A DNA stretch of 38,730 bases, taken from positions 1 through 38,730 of the forward strand of contig CAYZYX010000015.1 of the NCBI GenBank assembly GCA_964482715.1. The letters run 5' to 3'. Both the position numbers and the translations under genes were made by a program. The DNA comes from an uncultured Clostridia bacterium (GTDB lineage Bacteria; Aerophobota; Aerophobia; Aerophobales; B3-G15). The notes beneath the pieces were generated by a model. The model made no database searches. It was given only the letters and a program-made list of their open reading frames with translations, and was not told where the DNA came from. Shown here piece after piece: positions 8,165-18,360 of the stretch; position 1 is the stretch's first letter; each line of letters opens with the position of its first letter.

Positions 8165-9283
8165 TTAACGGGCAGCCCTTGCAACTCCACCTTTTCTGGC
8201 ACGCTCTATCTCTCTTTCCACTTCAGCCAGAGTAACCATACTGGTATCACCAGGAGTTGTTCCTGCCAGTGCTCCATGTGCCGCAGCATACTCAATAGCA
8301 AGCTGAGGCTCTTTTCCGGTCAGCATAGCGTAAATAAATCCTGAGGCAAAACTATCACCCATACCCACACGGTCATATATCTCTAAGTCTTTTCGGGGAG
8401 TTGCCTGATAAAATTCACCGTTCATGTAAAGGATACCTCCCCAATCATTTATGAGCGCTGTTTTAGCATTTCGGAGGGAAGTCAAAACTGCTTTAAAATT
8501 GGGGTATCTCTTTACCGCTTCTTTGGCCATTAACTTAAAACCCTGGGTTTTTTCAATATCCATTTTTTTACTTATATCAACACCCTTTACTTCAAGTCCA
8601 AGTGCTGCCTGGAAATCTTCTTCGTTACCCATCATCACATCAACGTAGGGGGCAATTTTTTTATTTACCTCCTGCGCTTTTTCTTTTCCACCTATTGCCT
8701 TCCACAGGGATGCCCGGTAGTTAAGATCGTAAGAGATGATTGTTCCTGTCTCCTTTGCTATTTGCATGGCCTCGATAATGACATCAGGTGTTGTCCCTGA
8801 TAGCGCTGCAAAAATTCCTCCTGTATGAAACCACTGAGCTCCTTCCTCTTTAAATATCTTCTTCCAGTTAACGTCCCCTTTTTTTAATTTGGAGGCAGCA
8901 CTGTGACCTCGATCATATTCGGTTTTAGCACTTCTTATACCATAGCCTTTTTCTGTCCAGTTTAATCCTGTTCTAACCTCCCTTCCTACACCGTCAAAGG
9001 GAAACCAGACTACATGAGATAAATCGACTCCGCCCTGCATCATAAGATCCTCGCATAGATGTCCCACTTCACAATCAGGGAGAGCTGTTACAATTGCTGT
9101 ATTAAGGCCGAAGACCTTCCTCAGGGCTCTTGCTACGTTATACTCACCTCCACCTTCCGATACAGTAAAATACCTTGCCGTTCTCACTCTTCCATCACCT
9201 GGATTTAACCTTATCATTATTTCACCCAGAGCAACAAGGGCGTATTTACACTCTTCCTTTGGTTTAACCATAAGCTGATTCAT
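8165..9283 (-). CDS. kdgK: 2-keto-3-deoxygluconate kinase (PfkB family)
   Basis: GEIMIRL, GGGEYNVA, YDLNYRASLW, GNEED, DRVGMGDSF; adjacent to eda. Confidence 0.88.
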   Translation of the reverse strand: MNQLMVKPKEECKYALVALGEIMIRLNPGDGRVRTARYFTVSEGGGEYNVARALRKVFGLNTAIVTALPDCEVGHLCEDLMMQGGVDLSHVVWFPFDGVGREVRTGLNWTEKGYGIRSAKTEYDRGHSAASKLKKGDVNWKKIFKEEGAQWFHTGGIFAALSGTTPDVIIEAMQIAKETGTIISYDLNYRASLWKAIGGKEKAQEVNKKIAPYVDVMMGNEEDFQAALGLEVKGVDISKKMDIEKTQGFKLMAKEAVKRYPNFKAVLTSLRNAKTALINDWGGILYMNGEFYQATPRKDLEIYDRVGMGDSFASGFIYAMLTGKEPQLAIEYAAAHGALAGTTPGDTSMVTLAEVEREIERARKGGVARAAR

Positions 9284-9338
9284 TTTTTACCTCTCTCTGG
9301 ATTTTATTCATTATTCAGTTGAATTGATGATAAAATTG

Positions 9339-9368
9339 CAGAGAGAGCCTCGTAGTTGAGGCCCCCTG
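9339..9368 (-). terminator. Stem-loop between eda and kdgK (terminator or processing site)
   Basis: Minus strand CAGGGGGCCTC-AACTAC-GAGGCTCTCTCTG, with a weak T-rich tail. Confidence 0.4.
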
Positions 9369-9377
9369 GGAAAATTT

Positions 9378-10034
9378 TTAAACCTCTTCTCGTCCCTTCT
9401 TCACTTCTTCAAGAAGTCTTTTCGCCTTTTCAGTTATAATCTGAAAATTACCCTCTTTGATCGCTTTTTTATCTACAAGAGCTGCCCCTACAGAAATGAC
9501 CGAGGCTCCAGCCCGGATAAATTCAGCGGCATTTTCAATTTTGACTCCCCCCGTAGGGTTTAAAAGAATGTGAGGGAGAGGTGCCTTAATGGCCTTAATG
9601 TAAGAAGGCCCTCCCAGATTTCCACAGGGGAAAACCTTAACTATGTCTGCTCCAGCTTGCCAGGCGGCGAGTATTTCTGTAGGGGTCATTGCTCCAGGAA
9701 TAACTATCTTGCTGTAGCGCTTACAAAGCTTGATCAAATCAAAGTTAAGACAGGGTCCTACCACAAACTCGGCTCCGGAAAGAATGGAGAGTCTTGCAGT
9801 TTCTGCATCAAGAACTGTACCTGCCCCTAAGAGAACCTCGTTTCCGGATTTCTTAGCCACTTCTTCCATAACGTTCAAAGCTCCCGGGACAGTCATGGTT
9901 ATCTCTATAACCTTTATATTTCCTTCTCTTAAAGCATCAACTACCTTCAAAGCTTCCTCGGACGAACTTGCTCTGACCACAGGAATTACACCCTGTTCCA
10001 GTAAGAACTTCAAATTTGAAGATTTATCTCGCAT
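9378..10034 (-). CDS. eda: KDPG/KHG aldolase
   Basis: PVVR, EITMT, GAGTV, PGAMTPTE, VKVFP (Schiff-base Lys), PTGGV. Confidence 0.93.
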   Translation of the reverse strand: MRDKSSNLKFLLEQGVIPVVRASSSEEALKVVDALREGNIKVIEITMTVPGALNVMEEVAKKSGNEVLLGAGTVLDAETARLSILSGAEFVVGPCLNFDLIKLCKRYSKIVIPGAMTPTEILAAWQAGADIVKVFPCGNLGGPSYIKAIKAPLPHILLNPTGGVKIENAAEFIRAGASVISVGAALVDKKAIKEGNFQIITEKAKRLLEEVKKGREEV

Positions 10035-10049
10035 TTTTTTATCCTCCTT

Positions 10050-10826
10050 TTAGAGATTTATATTTCTAAGTTCACTTACAATTTTATTGCATGCCTGATA
10101 GTATATACCCACATCAACAGAAAAAGAGATGTACCTAACACCGGCTTTGATCCACCTGGATGCTTCCTCCACACTTTCCACAAAAGTTCCCACCACCACC
10201 TCTTTTCTCTTTGCTATTTCAACTGCTTTTTCCATTTTGTCTATCACCGTGGGATGGTTAACCTGGCCGGGAACTCCACAAGATTGAGATAGATCATAGG
10301 GACCAAGAAAAATAACATCTAAACCAGGAACTTCTAAAATTTTTTCAAGATTGTTAATTCCCTCTATTCCTTCAATATGGATAATGGTCATAACCTCCTT
10401 GTTAGACATTTCAAAGTACCGATACTGATTAAAAGAGGAGTAACCAGCAGCTCGTACGAAGCGACAAACTCCACGTTCACCTTGAGGGGAAAATCTTGCT
10501 GCCTCAACTGCTTTTTTAGCATCTTCAGGGTTTACAATATGGGGAATTTCAACTCCTTGTGCCCCTATGTCAAGTACCCTCAAGATGGTGGAGGGACTAT
10601 TTTCCCACACTCTAATTATAGGAGTGATTTCTACCAGTTCTGCGGCACGCACATGATTCTGGGTACTTTCGATAGATAAAGGTCCGTGTTCAAGGTCAAT
10701 TATCACAAAGTCAAATCCGGCATATCCAGCAATTTCCACCGCTGCAGGGTCGGTGAACTTCATAAAAGGACCAATCCCAATCTTACCTTCCTTTAATAAT
10801 CTTTTTAATCTGTTCTTTTTTATCAT
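10050..10826 (-). CDS. HpcH/HpaI-family class II aldolase
   Basis: GFDFVIIDLEHG, RVLDIGAQG, PQGERG, IFLGPYDLS. Start placed at ATG 10826 (ATGA overlap with the upstream stop) rather than 10889. Confidence 0.9.
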   Translation of the reverse strand: MIKKNRLKRLLKEGKIGIGPFMKFTDPAAVEIAGYAGFDFVIIDLEHGPLSIESTQNHVRAAELVEITPIIRVWENSPSTILRVLDIGAQGVEIPHIVNPEDAKKAVEAARFSPQGERGVCRFVRAAGYSSFNQYRYFEMSNKEVMTIIHIEGIEGINNLEKILEVPGLDVIFLGPYDLSQSCGVPGQVNHPTVIDKMEKAVEIAKRKEVVVGTFVESVEEASRWIKAGVRYISFSVDVGIYYQACNKIVSELRNINL

Positions 10827-12793
10827 ATATCCCTTCCTACTTTTGCTCCTTCCTGAATTGCATGATATAAATTTCTTGGTTCGGCGCAATCTCCTATACA
10901 GTAAATTTCCCCTCTGTATCCTCTGGTTTTAAGTTCCTCTACGAGCTCATCTCGGGGTCTAAAGCCAGTTGCCATTACCAGAAGATCAAAAGAATATACT
11001 TCCTCCTTTCCCTCTTTTATTTTCTGAAAGACGGCCTTTTTATTTTCAACCTCCACAATTTTTCTTTCTGCCAGGATCTCCACGTTTAACATTTTCAGGT
11101 TATATAAAAGATAGAATCTGTTGGTAGAATGCTCATCTGTTAAAATACTATCCAAATCAAGGACTTCAAAGACTTTTACTTTTTTCCCCAGGGAAGAAAG
11201 ATACCAGGCCACCTCACAGCCCACAAGTCCTGCACCCAGAATAATAACTTTTTCTCCCATCTCTATTTCATCGTGCTTTTTTAGAACTTCTGATGCCGTG
11301 TAAAAAACACCTTTTTTTAACCCTGGAATTTCAGGAATTATATGTCTTGCTCCTGTAGCCATAACGATAGCATCGGGATTCTCCTGCCTTAACGTGAGAA
11401 CATCTACCGGTTTTCCAGGTCTTACCTCAACTCCACTTTTTTCTATTTTTCTAAGATAGTAGGCAAGCAATCTCCTAACATCTTTTTTAAATGGAGGAAT
11501 TGACGAAATAACAAGATTACCTCCAAGCTTGTCCTCTTTCTCGTAAAGAATAACTCGATGTCCCCTTCTGTTCAAGGTTAGCGCTGCTTCCAGACCAGCC
11601 GGTCCACCTCCCACCACCACTATTTTCTTTAAACGTTTTGCACTGTTAATTTGATATTTTCTCTCTCTACCAAGGGAGGGATTTACTGTACAACGCACTT
11701 CCTGTCCCGAAAATAGCCTTTTATGACATCGGTTGCACCTGATACAGGGTAGAATCTCTTCTATTTCCCCTTTTTCCACTTTTTCGGCCCATCTGGGGTC
11801 AGCGATAAGAGCTCTTCCCAGAACTACAAGATCAACCTTCTTTTGATTTAGAATCTCTTCAGCCAATTGAGGATCGTTAATTCCCCCACCTGCCATAACC
11901 GGAATGGAAACCTCAGCCTTTATGCTTCGGGCAAGCTCAACTACCTCTCCTGGAGGTGCATAAAGAGGTGAAACATCAAGATATCTCCAGCCTCCAAGTT
12001 CATAGGTTGTTGAGGCAACATGTAGATAATCAACACCAACTTTTTGCATATAAATGGCAATTTTTTTAGCCAGGTTTATATCAATTCCATTTTCTAAATG
12101 TTCGTAAGCACTGAATTTGAAACCAGCAACAAAATTTTGTCCACACTCCTTTTTTATTCCTCTTACTATTTCAGCCGGAAACCTCATTCTGCCTTCAAAA
12201 TCACCTCCATATTTGTCCTCTCTTCTATTGGTATGAGGAGAGATAAATTGACCTATAAGATAGGTGTGAGCTCCGTGAACCTCCACTCCATCAAATCCTG
12301 CGATTTTTGCTCTTTTTGCCGCCTGGATGAATTTTTCTATTAAATCTTCTATCTCTTCTATACTTAGCTGCCTGGGAGTTTCCTTATAAAGGGGACTTGA
12401 TACAGCTGAGGGAGCTACTGGTTTTAGTCCGGTTATAGATTTTTCCGCTCTTCCTCCATGATGAGCGATCTGGAGGAAAATTCTGGTGCCGTATTCTTTC
12501 ACACTCTCAGCAAGATAATTCAAACCAAAAACCTGTCTACCTGAAAAAACCCCTGGTGAATCCATCCTCTGATCATCAACAACCGATGTAAACTGGGTAA
12601 TAATAAGACCCACCCCGCCTTTTGCTCTTTCTTCATAATAATTTACAACTCTCTCGGTTAGAGAACCATCAGGATTAATCATTCCTACATCCATGGGAGC
12701 AAGAACCACCCTGTTTTTTATGCTTAAATGTCCAATTTTTACGGGAGAAAACAATGCAGAGAAATCAGGAGATAATCTTCGACAAATTATCAT
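10823..12793 (-). CDS. NADH:flavin oxidoreductase, OYE-like FMN/4Fe-4S/FAD enzyme (2,4-dienoyl-CoA reductase/BaiCD/BaiH-like)
   Basis: KNRVVLAPM, GFDGVEVHGAHTYL, TNRREDKYGG, CIRCNRC...C cluster, GGGPAG and GAGLVG dinucleotide motifs. Confidence 0.92.
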   Translation of the reverse strand: MIICRRLSPDFSALFSPVKIGHLSIKNRVVLAPMDVGMINPDGSLTERVVNYYEERAKGGVGLIITQFTSVVDDQRMDSPGVFSGRQVFGLNYLAESVKEYGTRIFLQIAHHGGRAEKSITGLKPVAPSAVSSPLYKETPRQLSIEEIEDLIEKFIQAAKRAKIAGFDGVEVHGAHTYLIGQFISPHTNRREDKYGGDFEGRMRFPAEIVRGIKKECGQNFVAGFKFSAYEHLENGIDINLAKKIAIYMQKVGVDYLHVASTTYELGGWRYLDVSPLYAPPGEVVELARSIKAEVSIPVMAGGGINDPQLAEEILNQKKVDLVVLGRALIADPRWAEKVEKGEIEEILPCIRCNRCHKRLFSGQEVRCTVNPSLGRERKYQINSAKRLKKIVVVGGGPAGLEAALTLNRRGHRVILYEKEDKLGGNLVISSIPPFKKDVRRLLAYYLRKIEKSGVEVRPGKPVDVLTLRQENPDAIVMATGARHIIPEIPGLKKGVFYTASEVLKKHDEIEMGEKVIILGAGLVGCEVAWYLSSLGKKVKVFEVLDLDSILTDEHSTNRFYLLYNLKMLNVEILAERKIVEVENKKAVFQKIKEGKEEVYSFDLLVMATGFRPRDELVEELKTRGYRGEIYCIGDCAEPRNLYHAIQEGAKVGRDI

Positions 12794-13941
12794 ATAAGGC
12801 TCCTTATTCTATGAAAAGCCTCTTTTATGTTTTCCACAGACGTCGCAAAGGAAAATCGCAAATATCCCTCTCCTCCCGGACCAAAGGAGGACCCGGGAAC
12901 TGTTACGACCCTCGCTTTTTCAAGTAATTTAAGGGCAAAATCTTCAGACTTCTCCCCGGTTTTTTTAATGTTCACAAAGGCATAAAAAGTTCCGCGGGGT
13001 GGAAAACAGGAAAAAAGGGGAACTTTATCTATCTCTTCCAGGAGAGCGTCCCTTCTTTTCCTGTATTCTTTAACCATTTTTCTTACTTCTTGATCACCCT
13101 GTTGCAAAGCAACAAGAGCTGCCTCTTGAGAGATGGAACTGGCACAGGCTGCAATATGTTCCTGAAGTTTAACCATCTCTCTTATGACTTCTTCAGGACC
13201 CAGTATATATCCCACTCTCCATCCAGTCATAGCATAAGTCTTAGAAAAGGTATTGATGACAAAAGTCTTTGATTTCAATCCGGGGAAAGAACATATGCTT
13301 TTATATTCTCCCTCATAAATTATTTTTTCATACGCTTCATCGGAAATAATGAAAATATTCCTCTCTTTGCAAAGATTGGCAATTTTTTCCAGTTCATGTA
13401 GTTTGTAAACACTTCCGGTAGGATTATTGGGAGAATTTATAATTACAGCCCGGGTTTTAGTACTAAGATAAGGCAACATTCTTTCCATCTTCATCACCCA
13501 TCCTTCTTCTTCTACAACAGGAACAAAAACAGGTTTTCCTCCGGCAAGAATCACATGAGCCTGGTAATTCGGCCAGCATGGATCAGGAATAAGTACTTCA
13601 TCACCAGGATTAACTATGCTCAGCATGCAAAGAGCAAGAGCTTCCATAGCTCCCACTGTAATGAGTATCTCACTTTCAGGATCATAAGATACCCCTTGTT
13701 CCCTCTCGTATTTTTCAGCTACCGCTTCTCTTAAGGAAAAAAATCCGGCGTTAGGTGTATAATGTGTTCTTCCCTTTTTTGCTGCCTGAAACCCGGCTTC
13801 AACAATGAAAGAAGGAGTAGCAAAATCGGGTTCACCGATACAAAGGTGAATGGCATCTTTATATCTTAAGGCAAGATCAAACATTCTTCTTATTCCCGAA
13901 TGAGGTAACTTTAAAACTCTTTCTGCACACACCGGATTCAT
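12790..13941 (-). CDS. PLP-dependent aminotransferase class I/II
   Basis: IGEPDF, NSPNNPTG, SDEAY, FSKTYAMTGWRVG, LRFSFA. Confidence 0.95.
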   Translation of the reverse strand: MNPVCAERVLKLPHSGIRRMFDLALRYKDAIHLCIGEPDFATPSFIVEAGFQAAKKGRTHYTPNAGFFSLREAVAEKYEREQGVSYDPESEILITVGAMEALALCMLSIVNPGDEVLIPDPCWPNYQAHVILAGGKPVFVPVVEEEGWVMKMERMLPYLSTKTRAVIINSPNNPTGSVYKLHELEKIANLCKERNIFIISDEAYEKIIYEGEYKSICSFPGLKSKTFVINTFSKTYAMTGWRVGYILGPEEVIREMVKLQEHIAACASSISQEAALVALQQGDQEVRKMVKEYRKRRDALLEEIDKVPLFSCFPPRGTFYAFVNIKKTGEKSEDFALKLLEKARVVTVPGSSFGPGGEGYLRFSFATSVENIKEAFHRIRSLI

Positions 13942-13956
13942 AGCATTCCTCCAGGT

Positions 13957-14784
13957 TTATTTTACTGCACCAAAGGTTAACCCTCGCACAATGTATCGCT
14001 GAAGATAAACAACAAGCACAAAAGCGGGGATCAAAGCCAGTGTTGAAAGAGCACACATTAAGGGCCAATCAAATCTCATGGTTCCAGCCAGTGAGGCAAC
14101 CAGAACGGGAACAGTTCGAGCCTGCTCTGAAGTGAGAATAAAAGCAAATAAAAATTCATTCCACGATAAAAGAAAAACAAGCGCAGCTACAGCTACGATC
14201 ATGGGAAGAGCTACGGGGATTAAGATATAAAGTAAAATTTGCCCTCTGGTAGCACCATCTACAACAGCAGCTTCGGCCAGCTCGGAAGGAATTTCCTCAA
14301 AGTAACCCTTTAGTAGCCAGATAGCAAGGGGAAGATTGATGGTAAGATGGGCAACCATTACCGCAAGGATAGTATCTACCAGCCTGAAGCTACGTAGTAT
14401 GATATAAAGAGGAACAATTATTCCGAAAGCAGGAGCCATTCTCACGGAAAGTATCCAGAAACCTATATTCTGACTTGCTCTGGTTTTGAGGTTAGCCAGT
14501 GCATAACCTGCAGTAATTCCCAGAAGAAGAACCAGAAATACATTAGACAAAGATACTACTGCGCTGTTCAGGAAAGCCCTAAGCATACCTCCACCCAGTG
14601 CCTTCTTGTAAGCTTCAAAAGTTGGAGTCCATATGAAATCCGGGGGTATTTTTAGTGCCTGATACATGCTTTTAAAAGATGACTGAATAAGCCATAGCAG
14701 GGGAAAGAGAACAAAAACAAGATATATGGAAATAATAAGGTAGAGGGTAAACTTTTTTAATTTCTTATGGCTTTTAACCTGCAT
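13957..14784 (-). CDS. Carbohydrate ABC permease (MalG-like)
   Basis: EAAVVDGA loop, SWNEFLFA, C-terminal GLTFGAVK. Confidence 0.93.
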   Translation of the reverse strand: MQVKSHKKLKKFTLYLIISIYLVFVLFPLLWLIQSSFKSMYQALKIPPDFIWTPTFEAYKKALGGGMLRAFLNSAVVSLSNVFLVLLLGITAGYALANLKTRASQNIGFWILSVRMAPAFGIIVPLYIILRSFRLVDTILAVMVAHLTINLPLAIWLLKGYFEEIPSELAEAAVVDGATRGQILLYILIPVALPMIVAVAALVFLLSWNEFLFAFILTSEQARTVPVLVASLAGTMRFDWPLMCALSTLALIPAFVLVVYLQRYIVRGLTFGAVK

Positions 14785-15638
14785 TACATGATCCTTCTTA
14801 TAAGTAAAATACTTACTCCAATAGTCATAAACAGCATAACAATAGCAAGAGCTGCTGCCTGACCCAGATTAAAGTAAAGAAATCCAATTTTCCATCCTAA
14901 AAGAGGAAAAGTTTGAGTAGCGGTACCCGGGCCTCCACTGGTCATCACAAAGATAGTGTCAAACACATTAAAGGCATCAATAAACCTTATGATTAAAGCA
15001 ATAATAATAGCTGGTTTTATTAAAGGGAGAGTGATATAACTAAAAATCTGTGGACTTGAAGCACCATCTATTCTGGCTGCTTCATAGAGGTCTGGGGAAA
15101 CAGCCTGTAGGCCAGCAAGAAGAATAAGAAACATTAATGAAGTCTTACTCCAGATATCAGCTACAATAACCGAGCCCAGGGCTAATGAAGGGTCAGCAAG
15201 CAGGCTCTTCATAAAACCTATTTTTGGAAGCAAATAAGCTCCGATTATACCAACCTCTCTGTTGAGAACAAATTTCCAGGCAAAACCTGCTACTACGGGA
15301 GGAATTACAAGAGGCAGGGCAATAATAGTACGGATAACGTTTCTCCCCTTCAGTTCTTCATTCAATATTAAAGCTAATCCAAGGCCCAGGACAAAAGTTA
15401 ATACCGTAGATGAAAGAGTGTAAATCAAGGAGACCTTGAGTGATTGCAAAAAATCTGAGGAGGTCAAAATCAGATAGAAGTTCTCAATACCTGTAAAGGG
15501 CATACCTCTTTTAAATAGGACCCACTGGTGCAGGCTTATATAAAAGAGAAAAAAAGTTGGGAAAGCGACTATTGATAAAAGGATAACAAGAGAAGGTATT
15601 AAAAATTTATATTGCCACCTCACCCTGGTTTCCTCCAC
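14784..15638 (-). CDS. Carbohydrate ABC permease (MalF-like)
   Basis: LAGLQ, EAARIDGAS, TSGGPG motifs; GTG start. Confidence 0.93.
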   Translation of the reverse strand: MEETRVRWQYKFLIPSLVILLSIVAFPTFFLFYISLHQWVLFKRGMPFTGIENFYLILTSSDFLQSLKVSLIYTLSSTVLTFVLGLGLALILNEELKGRNVIRTIIALPLVIPPVVAGFAWKFVLNREVGIIGAYLLPKIGFMKSLLADPSLALGSVIVADIWSKTSLMFLILLAGLQAVSPDLYEAARIDGASSPQIFSYITLPLIKPAIIIALIIRFIDAFNVFDTIFVMTSGGPGTATQTFPLLGWKIGFLYFNLGQAAALAIVMLFMTIGVSILLIRRIM

Positions 15639-15643
15639 TGTTT

Positions 15644-15673
15644 CCGGGAGGAAGAGAAGTATCTTCCTCCCGG
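15644..15673 (-). other. Intercistronic stem-loop after the binding-protein gene
   Basis: Perfect 12-bp inverted repeat CCGGGAGGAAGA / TCTTCCTCCCGG with a 6-nt loop. Confidence 0.8.
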
Positions 15674-15682
15674 TTTAAATTT

Positions 15683-17062
15683 CTACTTATAGTAACCACC
15701 TCGTAGCATGGTCTCCATTGCCCAGGTCTGAAGTCCAGAGAGGACATCCTTGATAGTTTTGGTCTTAGCTATTGCCTCTGAAGCAGCAGTTCCTATTCTA
15801 TCCATGTATTCGTTAAGCTCGGGTATATAAGGGAAGTAAAACGGATCAGCTTCCAGGATGGATTCTTCATTGAGTTTTATTTCCTCTATCCCGTATTTTT
15901 TAATTAAAACGTCACTATAAAGGACAGACTTCATGGTAACGTTAGGCCACTGGGTTCTTTCAGCAAAAGCCTGCATGGATTCTTTTCCCATAAGAAAAGT
16001 GAGAACTTTCCAGGCTTCCTTCTTATACCTTGAGTCCTTATTGATACCCAGAGAGAAAGTCCAGAAACTCTGGATTTGTTTTCCTCCAGGTCCGGTAGGA
16101 ATTTTGGCAAATCGGGTGTATTTTTTCACATTCTCGTTCTCGGTAATTCCAAGAGCTGCATAACCATTAATTGCTGAGGGCATTAATATAACCGCTTTTC
16201 CCATGGCATAGATATTCATCATATCCACCCAGGTGTGAGTTGAGATTCCTGGAGGTCCAAATTTCTGACACATCTCTACAAAAGCCTGAAATCCGGGAGC
16301 AAAATCACCAGTAAAAATAGGCATGGCTTTCTTTTCTTTTATTTCCTTTGGAGTTATTGCGCCTCCTTCAAACCAGGCAGGATAACCGGCCCAGGCATAG
16401 ACAAATCCAGTCAGATCAAGAGAGGGCTCTTCTCCCGGAGCACCTCGCATAGTTAAGGGATAAACATCAGTGATTCCTTCGCCTTCCAGCCCCGATTTCA
16501 GTGCTTCGAGGACTTGATAGAGTTCGTCTGTGGTTCTGGGAGGGGTAAGTCCGTATTTATCGAATATGTCCTTTCGATAGATTATACCTGCTCCAAAAGA
16601 ATAATAGGGAAGTGCATATAAAACTCCTTCAACCCGATTGGCATCCAGAAACTGAGGATAAACATCTTCGGGATCAAAATATTCGCTTGGATAGCGTTTG
16701 AAGTAATCATCAAGGGGTTCCAGAAATCCACCATATCCGTAGGTTTGTACTCCTCCATCACTTCCTACCAGAACAAGGTCATAACGACCTGTTCCAGCGG
16801 CAAGGTCAGCAGCTACCTTTTGTCTGACTGCAGTTTCATCTCCCCATTCAATCTGAACATCTATTCCTTCTTTTTCTTCAAATTGTTTAAGTCTTTCTGT
16901 TTCTTCTACACCACTGGTACCAAAAAGCTCCGGCCAGGCAAAACCCTGAGCAAAACAGAGAACCCTTATCTTTGTTTTTGCCAGAGCACCCGGTACCATC
17001 AGTGAAACCAAAAATAACAAACCTAAAAGTATAACTCCTACCCTCACATATTTTTTTCTCAT
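15683..17062 (-). CDS. ABC transporter sugar-binding protein (SBP family 1)
   Basis: N-terminal signal peptide; LYALPY, YRKDIF, PPRT.DEL, KEAWK motifs; precedes two permeases. Confidence 0.9.
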   Translation of the reverse strand: MRKKYVRVGVILLGLLFLVSLMVPGALAKTKIRVLCFAQGFAWPELFGTSGVEETERLKQFEEKEGIDVQIEWGDETAVRQKVAADLAAGTGRYDLVLVGSDGGVQTYGYGGFLEPLDDYFKRYPSEYFDPEDVYPQFLDANRVEGVLYALPYYSFGAGIIYRKDIFDKYGLTPPRTTDELYQVLEALKSGLEGEGITDVYPLTMRGAPGEEPSLDLTGFVYAWAGYPAWFEGGAITPKEIKEKKAMPIFTGDFAPGFQAFVEMCQKFGPPGISTHTWVDMMNIYAMGKAVILMPSAINGYAALGITENENVKKYTRFAKIPTGPGGKQIQSFWTFSLGINKDSRYKKEAWKVLTFLMGKESMQAFAERTQWPNVTMKSVLYSDVLIKKYGIEEIKLNEESILEADPFYFPYIPELNEYMDRIGTAASEAIAKTKTIKDVLSGLQTWAMETMLRGGYYK

Positions 17063-17103
17063 CTTAAACCCCCTTCTTTAATTAAAAAGATTTTTCCCGT
17101 TGT

Positions 17104-18360
17104 TCACCTCCTCTTTAACCCGCAAACCCTTAATGCGGTATAAATATATACTCTGGTGGCTTGTACAAGCTCCTCAATCTCAACCCATTCTTCATTACTG
17201 TGTGCCTGAAGGATATCTCCCGGACCAAAAACCACCGAAGGCACTTTAGCCATATTAGTGAGTAGTGCAGCGTCAGTCCATCCTGGCATCCCTTTAATTT
17301 GCGGTTTTCTTCCTGTGAGTTGTCTGATTGCTTCCTTTAAGACAGTAACGATCTTGCTTTCAGGGGAAATTTCCATTGGCTCATGAGGAGGAACTTTTAT
17401 ATTTTGTCCCTCTAATTGTTTTAGTTCATCTTCACTTTCTGGTCCCACGGGAATTGCCGATACCTTAGCATCAATCTCAGCATGTCTTTTTTTCACTTCG
17501 GTAATAATCTCTTGAATTTCTTTGATAACATCCGGGGTTTTCTCTCCAGGGATTGTTCTTCGATCAAGTTGAATTGTACACAGTTCTGGAACCACACTAT
17601 TACGAATTCCTCCTCTTATTTTTCCAACATTGAACGTAGGTGATCCTAAAAGAGGATGGGATTTTTTTGAGAGTATAAAACTCAGTTTCTTTTCCAGGGT
17701 ATATATAATTTTTGCCGCACTTACAATAGCATTTACACCTCGCTCAGGAACCCCGGCATGAGCAGATTTTCCTTTTACTTTGATTTCCAGCCATTCAATT
17801 CCTCTGTGGGCAGTAACTATACTGAGGCTGGTTGGTTCGCCAACTATGGCCATCTCGGCAAGAGGTCCATCCATCACCAGTTTTTGCGTTCCTTCGCTCA
17901 CATTTTCCTCACCAACGACTGCCGCTAAAATTAGACTTCCCTGAAGTTTTATCCTTTCTCTCTTCAAAACCATCAGTGTATACATCATTCCAGCAAGTCC
18001 AGCTTTCATATCAGCAGCACCTCTTCCCCAGATTCTTCCACCCTTGACCTTGGCTCCATAAGGATCAGTCATTCCGTGAGGTCTGACCGTATCCATATGC
18101 CCATTAAAGAGTAAAGAGGAACCCGTTCCAGTTCCTTCTATTTTAGCAATTACATTGCACCTTCCGGAAGCAACTTCTTGAAACTCTGTGTCAATATTTT
18201 CCTTTTCCAGTGTCTTTTTGATAAACCAGGCAATTTCTCCTTCCTGTCCTTTTACCTCTTTGTGGCTTGGTATTTTTATGAGTTGCCGACAAAGAGCAAC
18301 AAGTTCGTCTTTATTGATTTTGCCTGCTATATCCAAAATCACCAGTCCTTTTTTTATCAT
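17104..18360 (-). CDS. M20-family metallo-amidohydrolase (ArgE/DapE-like)
   Basis: NGHMD, GRGAADMK, GEE, GEPT, QAH metal-ligand motifs. Confidence 0.93.
   Translation of the reverse strand: MIKKGLVILDIAGKINKDELVALCRQLIKIPSHKEVKGQEGEIAWFIKKTLEKENIDTEFQEVASGRCNVIAKIEGTGTGSSLLFNGHMDTVRPHGMTDPYGAKVKGGRIWGRGAADMKAGLAGMMYTLMVLKRERIKLQGSLILAAVVGEENVSEGTQKLVMDGPLAEMAIVGEPTSLSIVTAHRGIEWLEIKVKGKSAHAGVPERGVNAIVSAAKIIYTLEKKLSFILSKKSHPLLGSPTFNVGKIRGGIRNSVVPELCTIQLDRRTIPGEKTPDVIKEIQEIITEVKKRHAEIDAKVSAIPVGPESEDELKQLEGQNIKVPPHEPMEISPESKIVTVLKEAIRQLTGRKPQIKGMPGWTDAALLTNMAKVPSVVFGPGDILQAHSNEEWVEIEELVQATRVYIYTALRVCGLKRR

Noticed and set aside
10827-10889. N-terminal extension of the HpcH ORF
   Set aside because: Overlaps the OYE gene; ATG 10826 gives a standard ATGA coupling and a normal family length
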